This document shows positions 52,355 to 62,396 of a DNA stretch of 64,000 nucleotides, in pieces (position 1 is the stretch's first letter; each line of letters opens with the position of its first letter). Position numbers and translations under genes: made by a program. Source of the DNA: an uncultured Eubacteriales bacterium (GTDB lineage Bacteria > Bacillota > Clostridia > Oscillospirales > CAG-272). The stretch is taken from NCBI GenBank assembly GCA_934486825.1, contig CAKSQF010000009.1:11298-75297 (forward strand), in the 5' to 3' direction. The notes under the pieces were generated by a model that worked only from the letters and a program-made list of their open reading frames with translations, did no database searches and was not told where the DNA came from.

Positions 52355-53539
52355 ATGAAATCATTCGAACTCAAATACGGTTGCAATCCGAATCAGAAAC
52401 CCGCAAGAATTTTTATGGAAAACGGTACCGATCTTCCGATCGAAATTCTCAGCGGCAAACCCGGATATATAAACTTTCTCGACGCATTCAATTCGTATCA
52501 GCTTGTAAAGGAGCTTCGCGAAGCTACCGGGCTTCCGTCGGCAACATCCTTCAAGCATGTCAGCCCGACGTCGGCGGCGGTCGGACTTCCGCTTCCGGAA
52601 AAGCTGAAAAAAGCCTGTTTCGTCGATGATATTCCGGAGCTTGACGGCTCTCCGATCGCCTGTGCATATGCAAGGGCAAGGGGAACCGACCGCATGTCCT
52701 CCTTCGGCGACTGGATAGCGCTCTCGGACAGATGCGATGTCACGACCGCAACCCTTATAAAGCGCGAAGTATCCGACGGAATCATCGCTCCGGGTTATGA
52801 TCCGGAGGCACTTGAAATACTGAAGAGCAAGCGCGGCGGCAATTACAACATTGTCCGCATTGATCCCGACTATGTTCCCGAACCGATCGAGCGCAAGCAG
52901 GTTTTCGGCATCACCTTCGAACAGGGCAGAAACAACTTCAGAATCGGCAAAGAGCTTCTTTCGGACATTGTCACCGAAAACAGGAACATTCCCGAGACGG
53001 CTGTACGCGATCTTATCATATCACTTATAACACTCAAATACACGCAGTCAAACTCGGTCTGCTTTGCCTTCGACGGACAGGCAATCGGCGTCGGAGCGGG
53101 TCAGCAGTCGCGGATCCACTGCACACGTCTTGCAGGAAGCAAAGCCGACACATGGTTCCTGCGCCAGCACGAAAAGGTTCTCTCTCTTCCCTTCCTGCCC
53201 GATCTGAAGCGCGCCGACAGAGACAACGTGATTGACGGATACATAAACAAAAACGAAGAGGACGTCTGTGCGCCCAGAGTATGGGAAAAATATTTTACCG
53301 AAAAGCCCGATCGGTTAACGCAGGAAGAGATCGATTTTTATCTTGCCTCGATCGACGGTGTTTCTCTCGGCTCGGACGCATTTTTCCCGTTCGGCGACAA
53401 CATTGAACGCGCCCGGAAAAGCGGCGTAAGATACATTGCCGAGCCCGGCGGTTCAATCCGTGACGATCTTGTCATTGAATGTTGCAACAAGTACGGCATT
53501 GCAATGGCGTTCACCGGCATGAGATTGTTCCATCATTGA
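52355..53539 (+). CDS. purH: AICAR formyltransferase (AICARFT-only PurH)
   Basis: MKSFELKYGCNPNQKPARI is the start typical of the stand-alone ~390-aa AICARFT form. C-terminal SDAFFPF and EPGGSIRD motifs. Confidence 0.85.
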   Translation: MKSFELKYGCNPNQKPARIFMENGTDLPIEILSGKPGYINFLDAFNSYQLVKELREATGLPSATSFKHVSPTSAAVGLPLPEKLKKACFVDDIPELDGSPIACAYARARGTDRMSSFGDWIALSDRCDVTTATLIKREVSDGIIAPGYDPEALEILKSKRGGNYNIVRIDPDYVPEPIERKQVFGITFEQGRNNFRIGKELLSDIVTENRNIPETAVRDLIISLITLKYTQSNSVCFAFDGQAIGVGAGQQSRIHCTRLAGSKADTWFLRQHEKVLSLPFLPDLKRADRDNVIDGYINKNEEDVCAPRVWEKYFTEKPDRLTQEEIDFYLASIDGVSLGSDAFFPFGDNIERARKSGVRYIAEPGGSIRDDLVIECCNKYGIAMAFTGMRLFHH

Positions 53540-53579
53540 GATTTCATCGATCCGCAAAAAACGAAAGGCAGGTATATCC

Positions 53580-54848
53580 GTGAAAATTCTTGTGGTCGGC
53601 AGTGGCGGTCGTGAACATGCCATAATCAAAAAACTGAAAGAAAACAAATCGGTAGATACGATATATGCACTCCCGGGCAACGGCGGCATTGCCGCAGACG
53701 CGGTCTGCGTTCCGATAGGTGCATGCGAAATCGAAAAGATTGCTGATTTTGCGAAAAAGAACGCCGTTGACTTTGCGGTAGTTGCCCCCGATGATCCTCT
53801 TGTGCTCGGCTGTGTCGATGCGCTTGAAGATGTCGGAATCCCGTGCTTCGGTCCGCGGGCAAATGCCGCAATAATCGAAGGCAGCAAGGTCTTTGCAAAA
53901 AATTTAATGAAAAAATACTCGATACCGACCGCCGCTTACGAGGTGTTTGACGATCCGGACAAAGCAATCTCCTATATCGAAAGCGTTTCAATGCCGGTTG
54001 TAGTCAAGGCGGACGGACTCGCGCTCGGCAAGGGTGTAACGGTCGCCATGACAAAAGAAGAGGCGGTAGGTGCCGTAAACGATGCGATGAAAAACAACAA
54101 ATTCGGAGCAGGCGGCAGACGTGTTGTGATCGAAGAGTATCTGGAAGGTCCCGAGGTATCGGTTCTGTCCTTTACCGACGGAAAAACGGTCGTACCGATG
54201 GTCTCGTCAATGGATCACAAGCGTGCATACGACAATGACATCGGACCGAACACGGGCGGGATGGGGACGATCGCGCCGAACCCGTATTACACCCCCGAAA
54301 TCGCCGCAGTATGCATGAAGGAAATATTCATACCTACGATAAACGCAATGAACAGCGAGGGCAGAACCTTCAAGGGCTGTCTGTATTTCGGACTCATGCT
54401 TACGAAAAGCGGTCCGAAGGTGATTGAATACAACTGCCGTTTCGGCGACCCCGAAACGCAGGTCGTTCTGCCGCTTCTCGAAACAGATCTTCTGACAGTG
54501 ATGACGGCAACCGCACAGGGAAGGCTGTCTGACACAGAGATACGGTTCGGCGACAGAGCCGCATGCTGTGTAATTATGGCATCCGACGGATATCCCCTTT
54601 CCTACAAAAAAGGCTTTGAAGTATCGGTTCCAAACGATCTCGCTGATTCGGTATACTATGCGGGAGTAACACTTGAAAACGGCAGACCGATCACAAGCGG
54701 CGGGCGGGTTCTCGGAGTCGTCGGCATTGCCGACCGTCTTCCGGACGCGATAAAGGACGCATACGACAAGGTCGGACGCATACATTTCGAAAATGCATTT
54801 TACCGCAGGGATATCGGTCGCAAAGCTATGAAGAAAACGGAGGTCTGA
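53580..54848 (+). CDS. purD: Phosphoribosylamine--glycine ligase
   Basis: GTG start. MKILVVGSGGREHA, ATP-grasp motifs and FGDPETQ. Confidence 0.9.
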   Translation: MKILVVGSGGREHAIIKKLKENKSVDTIYALPGNGGIAADAVCVPIGACEIEKIADFAKKNAVDFAVVAPDDPLVLGCVDALEDVGIPCFGPRANAAIIEGSKVFAKNLMKKYSIPTAAYEVFDDPDKAISYIESVSMPVVVKADGLALGKGVTVAMTKEEAVGAVNDAMKNNKFGAGGRRVVIEEYLEGPEVSVLSFTDGKTVVPMVSSMDHKRAYDNDIGPNTGGMGTIAPNPYYTPEIAAVCMKEIFIPTINAMNSEGRTFKGCLYFGLMLTKSGPKVIEYNCRFGDPETQVVLPLLETDLLTVMTATAQGRLSDTEIRFGDRAACCVIMASDGYPLSYKKGFEVSVPNDLADSVYYAGVTLENGRPITSGGRVLGVVGIADRLPDAIKDAYDKVGRIHFENAFYRRDIGRKAMKKTEV

Positions 54849-54849
54849 G

Positions 54850-57800
54850 ATGGTTTACAGAATATACGTTGAAAAAAAATCGGGGCTTGATGCGGAGGCG
54901 ACGGCGCTTCTTAACGAATCGGTATCCTTCCTCGGTACAAAGGCTCTGCAAAAGGTACGGGTCATAAACAGATACGATGTCGAAAATATTCCGAGAGAGC
55001 TTTTCGATTACTCGGTCAGGACGGTTTTTTCGGAGCCTCAGCTTGACATCATCTCCGGGACACTTGAACACGAAGGCGGCATCGCCTTTGCGGTCGAATA
55101 TCTCCCGGGTCAGTTTGACCAGCGTGCCGATTCGGCGGCACAGTGCATCAGATTCATTTCAAGATCCGCCGATCCTGTCATACGCACCGCAAAAATATAC
55201 ATACTTTACGGAAATCTCGAAACTACCGAGATTGAAAAAATAAAAAAATACGTCATAAACCCGGTTGAGGCAAGAGAGGCGTCCTTTGAGCTTCCGGAAA
55301 CGCTCGAATCCGAATACCCGATTCCGCAGACCGTACGCACGCTCGACGGCTTCACGGATCTTGACCGCTCCGGACTCTTGCGGTTCATTGCCGACTATTC
55401 ACTTGCCATGGACATTGACGACATAGAGTTTTGTCAGAGATATTTCCGTTCGGAAAAGCGCGAGCCGACAATTACCGAAATACGCATGATCGACACATAC
55501 TGGTCGGATCATTGCCGTCACACGACCTTCCTTACCGCCATCGACAGCGTTTCCTTTGAGGATGATCTGCTCCGTCGGACCTATGACGAATACCTTTCCC
55601 TCCGCAAAGAGCTTGGGATAAAAAAGCCGGTATGCCTCATGGATATCGCGACTGTTGCGGTAAAAGCGCTCAGAAGATCGGGAGAGCTTGACAAGCTGGA
55701 CGAAAGCGAAGAAATCAACGCATGTACCGTAAAAATAGATGTTGATACGGACGGAAAGACCGAGCCGTGGCTTCTCCTTTTCAAGAATGAGACTCACAAT
55801 CACCCGACCGAAATTGAACCGTTCGGCGGCGCCGCAACCTGCATCGGCGGTGCCATCCGCGATCCGCTTTCAGGAAGGGCTTATGTCTACGGCGCAATGC
55901 GCGTAACCGGAGCTGCCGATCCGACCCGTCCCATAAGCGAAACGATAAAGGGCAAGCTTCCTCAACGCAAAATCGTGACGACAGCGGCGGCGGGATACTC
56001 GTCGTACGGAAATCAGATCGGTCTTGCGACCGGTATTGTAGATGAGATATATCATCCGGGATATGCCGCAAAGCATATGGAAATAGGTGCGGTAATTGCC
56101 GCGGCACCGGCGGCAAACGTCAGACGAGAGGTTCCGCTTCCCGGAGACATTGTTATCCTTCTCGGGGGTGCAACCGGACGCGACGGTTGCGGAGGAGCCA
56201 CTGGCTCCTCAAAATCACACACCGAAAAATCGCTTGAAACCTGCGGAGCGGAGGTTCAGAAAGGAAATGCGCCCGAGGAACGCAAGCTCCAGCGGCTTTT
56301 CCGCAATCCGAAGGCATGCCGCATGATAAAGCGGTGCAACGATTTCGGAGCGGGCGGCGTCTCGGTCGCCATCGGGGAGCTTGCCGACGGTCTTGAGATT
56401 GACCTCAATGCCGTTCCGAAGAAATACGACGGTCTTGACGGAACCGAGCTTGCGATAAGCGAAAGTCAGGAGCGCATGGCGGTAGTGATTTCGCCGAAGG
56501 ATGTCAAAGCATTTCTCGAACTTGCCGACTCCGAAAATCTCTCCGCAACTCCGGTCGCAACCGTCACCGACGACAAAAGGCTGATAATGAAATGGAACGG
56601 CAGAGAAATCGTGAATGTCAGCCGTGAATTTCTTGGTTCCAACGGTGCGCAGAAGCACATCGGAGTAATTACCGATGCTCCCGCTCCGTTCGGCAAAGAG
56701 ATTCCGGAATCGTTTATCACCGGATACACCTCCCTTGCGGCAGACCTGAACATCTGCTCAAAAAGAGGCTTGTCCGAACGCTTCGACTCAACTATCGGAG
56801 CCGGAACGGTACTTATGCCGTTCGGCGGAAAATATCAGCTCACTCCGATTCAGGCAATGGTGCATAAGCTCCCGACAGAAAAGGGGCACACCGACTGCTG
56901 TTCGCTCATGGCGTACGGATACGACCCTTACATTTCGGAAAAAAGTCCGTTTCACGGCGCATACCTCGCGGTGGTCGAATCGGTAAGCAAGCTGATTGCA
57001 ACAGGCGCGGAGTTTAAGGACACATATCTGACCTTTCAGGAATATTTCATGCATCCGGGCAAAGACGGAAAACGCTGGGGTCAGCCGCTCGCCGCATTGC
57101 TCGGAGCATTCAAGGCACAGACAGAGCTTCGCATCGGCGCAATCGGCGGCAAGGACTCAATGAGCGGCTCGTTTGAAAACATTGATGTTCCGCCAACGCT
57201 TGTATCCTTCGCAGTTACTACCTCGCAAGCCGCACACATTCACTCACCCGAATTCAAAACTGCCTGCCACAGGACAGTGCTCATAAAACCGCAGTACGAT
57301 CGGGACGGTCTGCCGGTCACGAAATCGCTTATCGGTACCTTTAACACTGTCGGCGGCCTCCTTACATCCGGAGCGGCTGTCTCAGCCTATGCCGTCGGCA
57401 GAGGCGGCATTGCCGAAGCGATAATGAAAATGTGCTTCGGAAACATGATCGGCTTTTGCTACTCCGACAGTCTGGGCAGAGATGACATATTCGGCTGCAA
57501 CTACGGTGCGTTTGTGCTTGAACTTGCCGACGGTATTTCGGTTCCCGACGGCTGTACGCTCATCGGAGAAACGGTTTCCGGACCCGAAATATCCCGCCGC
57601 GGGGAAAGCATCCGACTTTCGGAGCTTCTCGGCGATTATGAGGGCAGACTTGAGAAGGTATACCCGTGCATGGCAGAAACTCCGTGCATCAAGCCGGAAA
57701 ATCTCTCATACACGGCAGGGAGCCGTGTCGCACCCTCTGTCAGATCGGCAAAACCGCGTGTTCTGATCCCCGTTTTCCCGGGAACAAACTGCGAATACGA

Positions 57801-58548
57801 TTCCGCTAAAGCGATAGAGGACGCCGGGGCGATTGCCGAAATTTTCGTAATAAACAACCGAAGTGCGGACAGCATCGGCAGAAGCATAGAATGCTTTGCG
57901 TCAAAGCTCGGCGATTCGCAGATTGTCTTCATCCCGGGCGGATTTTCGGGCGGAGACGAGCCTGACGGAAGCGGCAAATTCATTACCGCCTTCTTCCGCA
58001 ACCCCGAGATAAAAGAAGGCGTTGCCTCACTGCTCGAAAAGCGAGACGGGCTGATGTGCGGAATATGCAACGGATTTCAGGCACTTATAAAGCTCGGGCT
58101 TGTTCCGTACGGAAAGATAACCGACATAGACGAAAGCTGTCCGACGCTCACATACAATACTATCGCACGACATCAGTCCAAAATTGTCCGCACGCGCATA
58201 GTATCAAACAAGTCTCCGTGGCTTTCGCTCACAAATCCCGGTGAAATTTACAACGTTCCGATCTCGCACGGCGAGGGACGCTTTTTCGCCGACAGCGCAC
58301 TGATTGAAAAACTTGCGGCAAACGGTCAGATCGCAACGCAGTACGCCGATATGGACGGAAACGCCTCCGGCGACATAATGTTCAATCCGAACGGCTCGGC
58401 AGCCGCGATTGAGGGCATTACCTCTCCCGACGGACGTGTATTCGGAAAGATGGGGCACAGCGAACGTATCGGAAGCAATCTGTACAAAAATGTCCCCGGC
58501 AACTACGACATAAGGATGTTTGAGGCAGCGGTCAGATATTTCGGATAA
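54850..58548 (+). CDS. purL: Phosphoribosylformylglycinamidine synthase (single-chain, PurS/L/Q fused)
   Basis: 1232 aa. ETHNHPTEIEPFGGAATC, duplicated AIRS-like domains and a C-terminal glutaminase (GICNGFQ, ISHGEGR). Confidence 0.9.
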   Translation: MVYRIYVEKKSGLDAEATALLNESVSFLGTKALQKVRVINRYDVENIPRELFDYSVRTVFSEPQLDIISGTLEHEGGIAFAVEYLPGQFDQRADSAAQCIRFISRSADPVIRTAKIYILYGNLETTEIEKIKKYVINPVEAREASFELPETLESEYPIPQTVRTLDGFTDLDRSGLLRFIADYSLAMDIDDIEFCQRYFRSEKREPTITEIRMIDTYWSDHCRHTTFLTAIDSVSFEDDLLRRTYDEYLSLRKELGIKKPVCLMDIATVAVKALRRSGELDKLDESEEINACTVKIDVDTDGKTEPWLLLFKNETHNHPTEIEPFGGAATCIGGAIRDPLSGRAYVYGAMRVTGAADPTRPISETIKGKLPQRKIVTTAAAGYSSYGNQIGLATGIVDEIYHPGYAAKHMEIGAVIAAAPAANVRREVPLPGDIVILLGGATGRDGCGGATGSSKSHTEKSLETCGAEVQKGNAPEERKLQRLFRNPKACRMIKRCNDFGAGGVSVAIGELADGLEIDLNAVPKKYDGLDGTELAISESQERMAVVISPKDVKAFLELADSENLSATPVATVTDDKRLIMKWNGREIVNVSREFLGSNGAQKHIGVITDAPAPFGKEIPESFITGYTSLAADLNICSKRGLSERFDSTIGAGTVLMPFGGKYQLTPIQAMVHKLPTEKGHTDCCSLMAYGYDPYISEKSPFHGAYLAVVESVSKLIATGAEFKDTYLTFQEYFMHPGKDGKRWGQPLAALLGAFKAQTELRIGAIGGKDSMSGSFENIDVPPTLVSFAVTTSQAAHIHSPEFKTACHRTVLIKPQYDRDGLPVTKSLIGTFNTVGGLLTSGAAVSAYAVGRGGIAEAIMKMCFGNMIGFCYSDSLGRDDIFGCNYGAFVLELADGISVPDGCTLIGETVSGPEISRRGESIRLSELLGDYEGRLEKVYPCMAETPCIKPENLSYTAGSRVAPSVRSAKPRVLIPVFPGTNCEYDSAKAIEDAGAIAEIFVINNRSADSIGRSIECFASKLGDSQIVFIPGGFSGGDEPDGSGKFITAFFRNPEIKEGVASLLEKRDGLMCGICNGFQALIKLGLVPYGKITDIDESCPTLTYNTIARHQSKIVRTRIVSNKSPWLSLTNPGEIYNVPISHGEGRFFADSALIEKLAANGQIATQYADMDGNASGDIMFNPNGSAAAIEGITSPDGRVFGKMGHSERIGSNLYKNVPGNYDIRMFEAAVRYFG

Positions 58549-58549
58549 A

Positions 58550-58587
58550 TAAAAAAGCAATTGCGGAAATCCGCAATTGCTTTTTTC
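58550..58587. terminator. Bidirectional terminator between purL and the DUF11 gene
   Basis: 11-bp stem agcaattgcgg / ccgcaattgct with an AAAT loop, flanked by A6 and T6 runs. Confidence 0.8.
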
Positions 58588-58590
58588 ATA

Positions 58591-59442
58591 TCAGACTGTT
58601 CCCGTTACGACAAGCGTGGCTGTTCCGGGCACCGTCGCGACACTTCCGTCCTCACCCTGAGTATAAGTTGCCGCAGGGACGGTTATCTGTCCGGGCAGGG
58701 TCGCAAACACTCCGGTCGTGACGTCATAATTATAATTTGTGCCGGCAGTCCATGTTGTGCCGTTGAAACTTACGGTTATATTGTTGAGTCTCGGATTGAA
58801 GGTGTCTGTCAGCACCGCGTTATCCGCCGCAGTCGCCGCGAGACTGCCTGTATTTTCTATCACAAAGGTATAGGTCAGTTGTCCGTTTTCCGAAACGGTA
58901 AGCGGGCTTAGTGATTTGCTTATACCGAGTCTTACCTCGGGTCTTACGGTCAGGACCGCTTCTGCCGTGACGGGTGCGGAAAGAGCGTCGCCCGTGACGG
59001 TCACCCTGTTTGTGATCGTTGCCGTTGCCGCAAGCGGTGCAAAGGAATTGACATCCGCTTCGTAAATTAGCATTGCATTACCTCCCGCGGGGACCGAAAT
59101 TCCGCTTATTACAAGCGGGGGTCCGGCTGTGACCTCGGGATTTGTCCGAAGCTCTCCGTTTACATAATATCTCAGAGAATCGGCTTTATATGCGAGAGGG
59201 TACAGGTTTTTTTCGCCGAACAGATACTCGCCGAGGTTATCGGTAACCGTCAGACCCGTCAGTGCGGTCGTTCCGCTGTTTACAAGCGATATCACATAAG
59301 CGACATCGTCGCCGGATGCATAATCGTCGGTAAGTGCTGTTTTTGTTACCGCAAGTGTTTCAAGCAGTTCTCCCTCTACGGTATTGGAATCTGTTGCCAT
59401 TCCGTTATATGAGAGGGTTGCATAGTTTGTGAATTTTGCCAT
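58591..59442 (-). CDS. DUF11/TIGR01451-type repeat protein, no signal peptide
   Basis: 283 aa with two repeats of the pattern L.(V/I).K......G..(V/L).Y.(I/V)...N.G...A..(V/L).(V/L).D.(L/F). No N-terminal hydrophobic leader (MAKFTNYATLSYNG). Confidence 0.6.
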   Translation of the reverse strand: MAKFTNYATLSYNGMATDSNTVEGELLETLAVTKTALTDDYASGDDVAYVISLVNSGTTALTGLTVTDNLGEYLFGEKNLYPLAYKADSLRYYVNGELRTNPEVTAGPPLVISGISVPAGGNAMLIYEADVNSFAPLAATATITNRVTVTGDALSAPVTAEAVLTVRPEVRLGISKSLSPLTVSENGQLTYTFVIENTGSLAATAADNAVLTDTFNPRLNNITVSFNGTTWTAGTNYNYDVTTGVFATLPGQITVPAATYTQGEDGSVATVPGTATLVVTGTV

Positions 59443-59530
59443 ATATCATACTCCGTTTTTTTATTGGACGTCCCAATACATGATATGTACAAAAGACCCG
59501 AACTGCCAACCGAAAACCGCTTTTTACGGC

Positions 59531-59561
59531 AAAAAAGCCGCGCTTTTTTCAAAGCGCGGCT
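59531..59561 (-). terminator. Rho-independent terminator of the CapD-like gene
   Basis: Stem agccgcgct / agcgcggct. The plus-strand A5-6 run gives a U-tract on the minus strand. Confidence 0.65.
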
Positions 59562-59578
59562 TTCTGCATATATATTTT

Positions 59579-61573
59579 TCATGCATTTACGGCAATTTTC
59601 ATTTCGGACGATTTTTCAGCCGCGGCGTTGACCTCCTCCGGGCTTCTGAATGTCGGAACACTTTCACGGAGACTCTGCTTTGCCAGTGCATCGTCTCCGC
59701 TCATGTAGGCATTTCTGAGCGCGGCAAGCTTTTCGTAAAGTTCTGTCTGTCCTATTGGCTCATCATGCTCGATAAAGATCAGACTGTTATCAGTCTTGCC
59801 CAGCTTCTCGGTATTTACAAGCAGCTCTTCATAAAGCTTTTCTCCCGGTCGCAGACCGATCTCTTCAATATCGATATCCCGGTAAGGCTCATACCCGCTC
59901 AGGTGGATCATATTTTCGGCAAGATCAAGTATCTTTACGGGCTTGCCCATATCAAGTACAAACAGTTCCCCGTTTTCCGCCATTGCCCCCGACTGCAGGA
60001 CAAGCTGACTTGCCTCGGGTATCGTCATAAAATACCGCACGATACGTTTATCGGTCAGTGTAACCGGACCGCCGTTCATAATCTGACGTCTGAACAGAGG
60101 AATCACCGACCCGGCGCTTCCGAGCACATTACCGAAGCGGGTCGAACTGAAGGTCGTATACTCCGACACTGCGCTGTACGACCGCACTATCATCTCGCAC
60201 ATCCTCTTTGTCGCGCCCATCACATTTGTCGGATTGACCGCCTTATCGGTGGACACCATCATAAATCTCCGCACACGGTATTTTTCGGACAATTCGACGG
60301 TATTCAGTGTTCCGAAAATATTATTTTCAATCGCCTCACAGCAGTTATGCTCCATAAGAGGCACATGCTTGTGTGCCGCCGCGTGTACAACGATATCGGG
60401 GCGATAGCTATCGAACACTCTTTCAAGCGCATTGCGGTTACAGACCGAAAGAATCTCCACATGCAGATCAAGGCGGTCTTTATATGCCATTCTCAGTTCC
60501 TGCTGAACATTGTATGCCCCGTTTTCGCAAATATCGAGGACAATGAGCTGTTTCGGGGACATTTTGGCAATCTGACGGCAAAGCTCACTGCCTATACTGC
60601 CGCCGCCTCCGGTAACAAGCACGACCTTATCTCTGTAATATGTACTTGTCTTTTCATCGGTCACAACCACGGGTCTTCTGAACAGAAGTTCTTCGATATC
60701 AAATTCGCGCAAATGACGTTTTGAACTGCCCGCCTGATGAATCACGGGATAATCATAAACCTTCAGCTTGCATCCGAAAGCCTTATACTTCTTGTACAGT
60801 TCTTTTTTTTGGTCAGACGTCAGTTGAGGAAGTGCGAAAACAAATTCCTGAATCCGATAGTGATCGATAACCCCGTCCGAAAGATTGCTTTCGGATATTA
60901 CGGGTATATCCTGTATTCTTCGACCGATCTTCAACTGATCGATATCAATAAAGCATTTCGGAACATATGCCGACGCGGGGTTTCCGAGCAACTCGTCCGC
61001 AAGGCTGACTCCGACTGTTCCCGCACCTACGATTGCGACACTGATCTTGTTTGTTTTTTCACACGCATTGAGTTCGACACGATTGCCGGCAAATATCTTG
61101 ACGAGCAGATTCAGCATGCGTCCTCTTGCAGTGTCCTTATTACAGCATTTGTATGCATAGCGGTATACCATACGGATTGACAGCGATCCGAGCAACGAAA
61201 GACAGCTTATACAAAGCGCTTTGACAAATGATATCTGTCCGACAGGCAACATACGCCCCACCGGACAGAAAATCAGAAAAGCGATCCCGTCCGACGCCAG
61301 AAGCCGTATATAGCTCTGTATTCCTCCGTAACGCCACACCTGTCGGTACACCTTCCAGACCGCGCGCATGGAAAAAATACAGCACGCCGACAGTGCCGAA
61401 TGAACGAGCGCGTCGGCAAAATCTATCTTGCCGCTGCCCTTATATATAACAAGAAGGAGCAGATCGACCGCCGCACATATTATCAGATCGTAAAACACAA
61501 GCAGCCAACTGTTATCTATATGTTTCTTTTGTATTTTATCAGTACTTTTTTTGTTTTTTTCCGTTTTTTTCAA
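59579..61573 (-). CDS. Polysaccharide biosynthesis protein, CapD/PglF-like NDP-sugar 4,6-dehydratase (membrane-anchored)
   Basis: N-terminal TM segments plus a Rossmann domain VLVTGGGGSIGSELCRQI, STDKAV and GATKRMCE. Confidence 0.85.
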   Translation of the reverse strand: MKKTEKNKKSTDKIQKKHIDNSWLLVFYDLIICAAVDLLLLVIYKGSGKIDFADALVHSALSACCIFSMRAVWKVYRQVWRYGGIQSYIRLLASDGIAFLIFCPVGRMLPVGQISFVKALCISCLSLLGSLSIRMVYRYAYKCCNKDTARGRMLNLLVKIFAGNRVELNACEKTNKISVAIVGAGTVGVSLADELLGNPASAYVPKCFIDIDQLKIGRRIQDIPVISESNLSDGVIDHYRIQEFVFALPQLTSDQKKELYKKYKAFGCKLKVYDYPVIHQAGSSKRHLREFDIEELLFRRPVVVTDEKTSTYYRDKVVLVTGGGGSIGSELCRQIAKMSPKQLIVLDICENGAYNVQQELRMAYKDRLDLHVEILSVCNRNALERVFDSYRPDIVVHAAAHKHVPLMEHNCCEAIENNIFGTLNTVELSEKYRVRRFMMVSTDKAVNPTNVMGATKRMCEMIVRSYSAVSEYTTFSSTRFGNVLGSAGSVIPLFRRQIMNGGPVTLTDKRIVRYFMTIPEASQLVLQSGAMAENGELFVLDMGKPVKILDLAENMIHLSGYEPYRDIDIEEIGLRPGEKLYEELLVNTEKLGKTDNSLIFIEHDEPIGQTELYEKLAALRNAYMSGDDALAKQSLRESVPTFRSPEEVNAAAEKSSEMKIAVNA

Positions 61574-61766
61574 GGTTTATTCCCTTTCAGCTCCGCAGAA
61601 GCCTTTTCTCTGCGTGCGACAATTCCCGCCTTTTTCCGTAAAACAATTATACGCAAAGGTATAAAAGATGTCTTTATATAATACTACATTTATTCGTTTT
61701 TGTCAAGGAATTTTTATATTGAAAGCGGGTCCGCAGTTTTCATGCGGACCCGCCTTTATGATTTAT

Positions 61767-62396
61767 TCATTCGCCGAATATTTCCTTCTCCAGCGAAGCG
61801 CAGAGAAAATGATAAACCGGCAGATGCAGTTCCTGAACCTTGAATGTTTCACTTTCGGGAACTCTGACCGTACAGTCGCACAGGGCGGAAAGTCTGCTCT
61901 CTTTCTCGCCGGTCAGCGCAATTGAGCCGATTCCGACCGCCTTTGCGACCATCGCCGCGGCGACAACATTTTCCGAATTTCCGGATGTCGAAAGCGCGAT
62001 GAGAAGATCTCCCTTCCCCGCATAGCCGAAAACAAGCTGAGCATAAGCAAGCCTTGCATCAACGTCATTTGCATATGCCGACAGCACTGCACTCTGCGAC
62101 GGAAGCGAGATCGCGGGAATACCGCATTGCAGTTTTCCGATAAGCTCTTCCGCCGCAGCTTCTCCCAATCTGTTTCTGAATTTTTGTGCGCAGGCGCTGC
62201 CCATTTTTCGTTTTTTCAGAAAGCCCTTCATAAGTTCGCCCACAATATGGTCGGCATCGGCACAGGAGCCGCCGTTGCCGCAAACAAGGAACTTCCCACC
62301 GGCATAATAGCTGTCGAGCATCATGTTTTTTGCCTTAAGAATATCATCCATGCAAACACCGAGCTGCGGATATCTTTCAATGAGCTGTTCAGGCAT
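61767..62396 (-). CDS. SIS domain protein (phosphoheptose isomerase GmhA-like)
   Basis: Start at ATG 62396 (GGAGGGAG upstream; overlaps the ROK stop). VCGNGGSCADADH and LSTSGNSENV are SIS/GmhA-type motifs. Confidence 0.75.
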   Translation of the reverse strand: MPEQLIERYPQLGVCMDDILKAKNMMLDSYYAGGKFLVCGNGGSCADADHIVGELMKGFLKKRKMGSACAQKFRNRLGEAAAEELIGKLQCGIPAISLPSQSAVLSAYANDVDARLAYAQLVFGYAGKGDLLIALSTSGNSENVVAAAMVAKAVGIGSIALTGEKESRLSALCDCTVRVPESETFKVQELHLPVYHFLCASLEKEIFGE

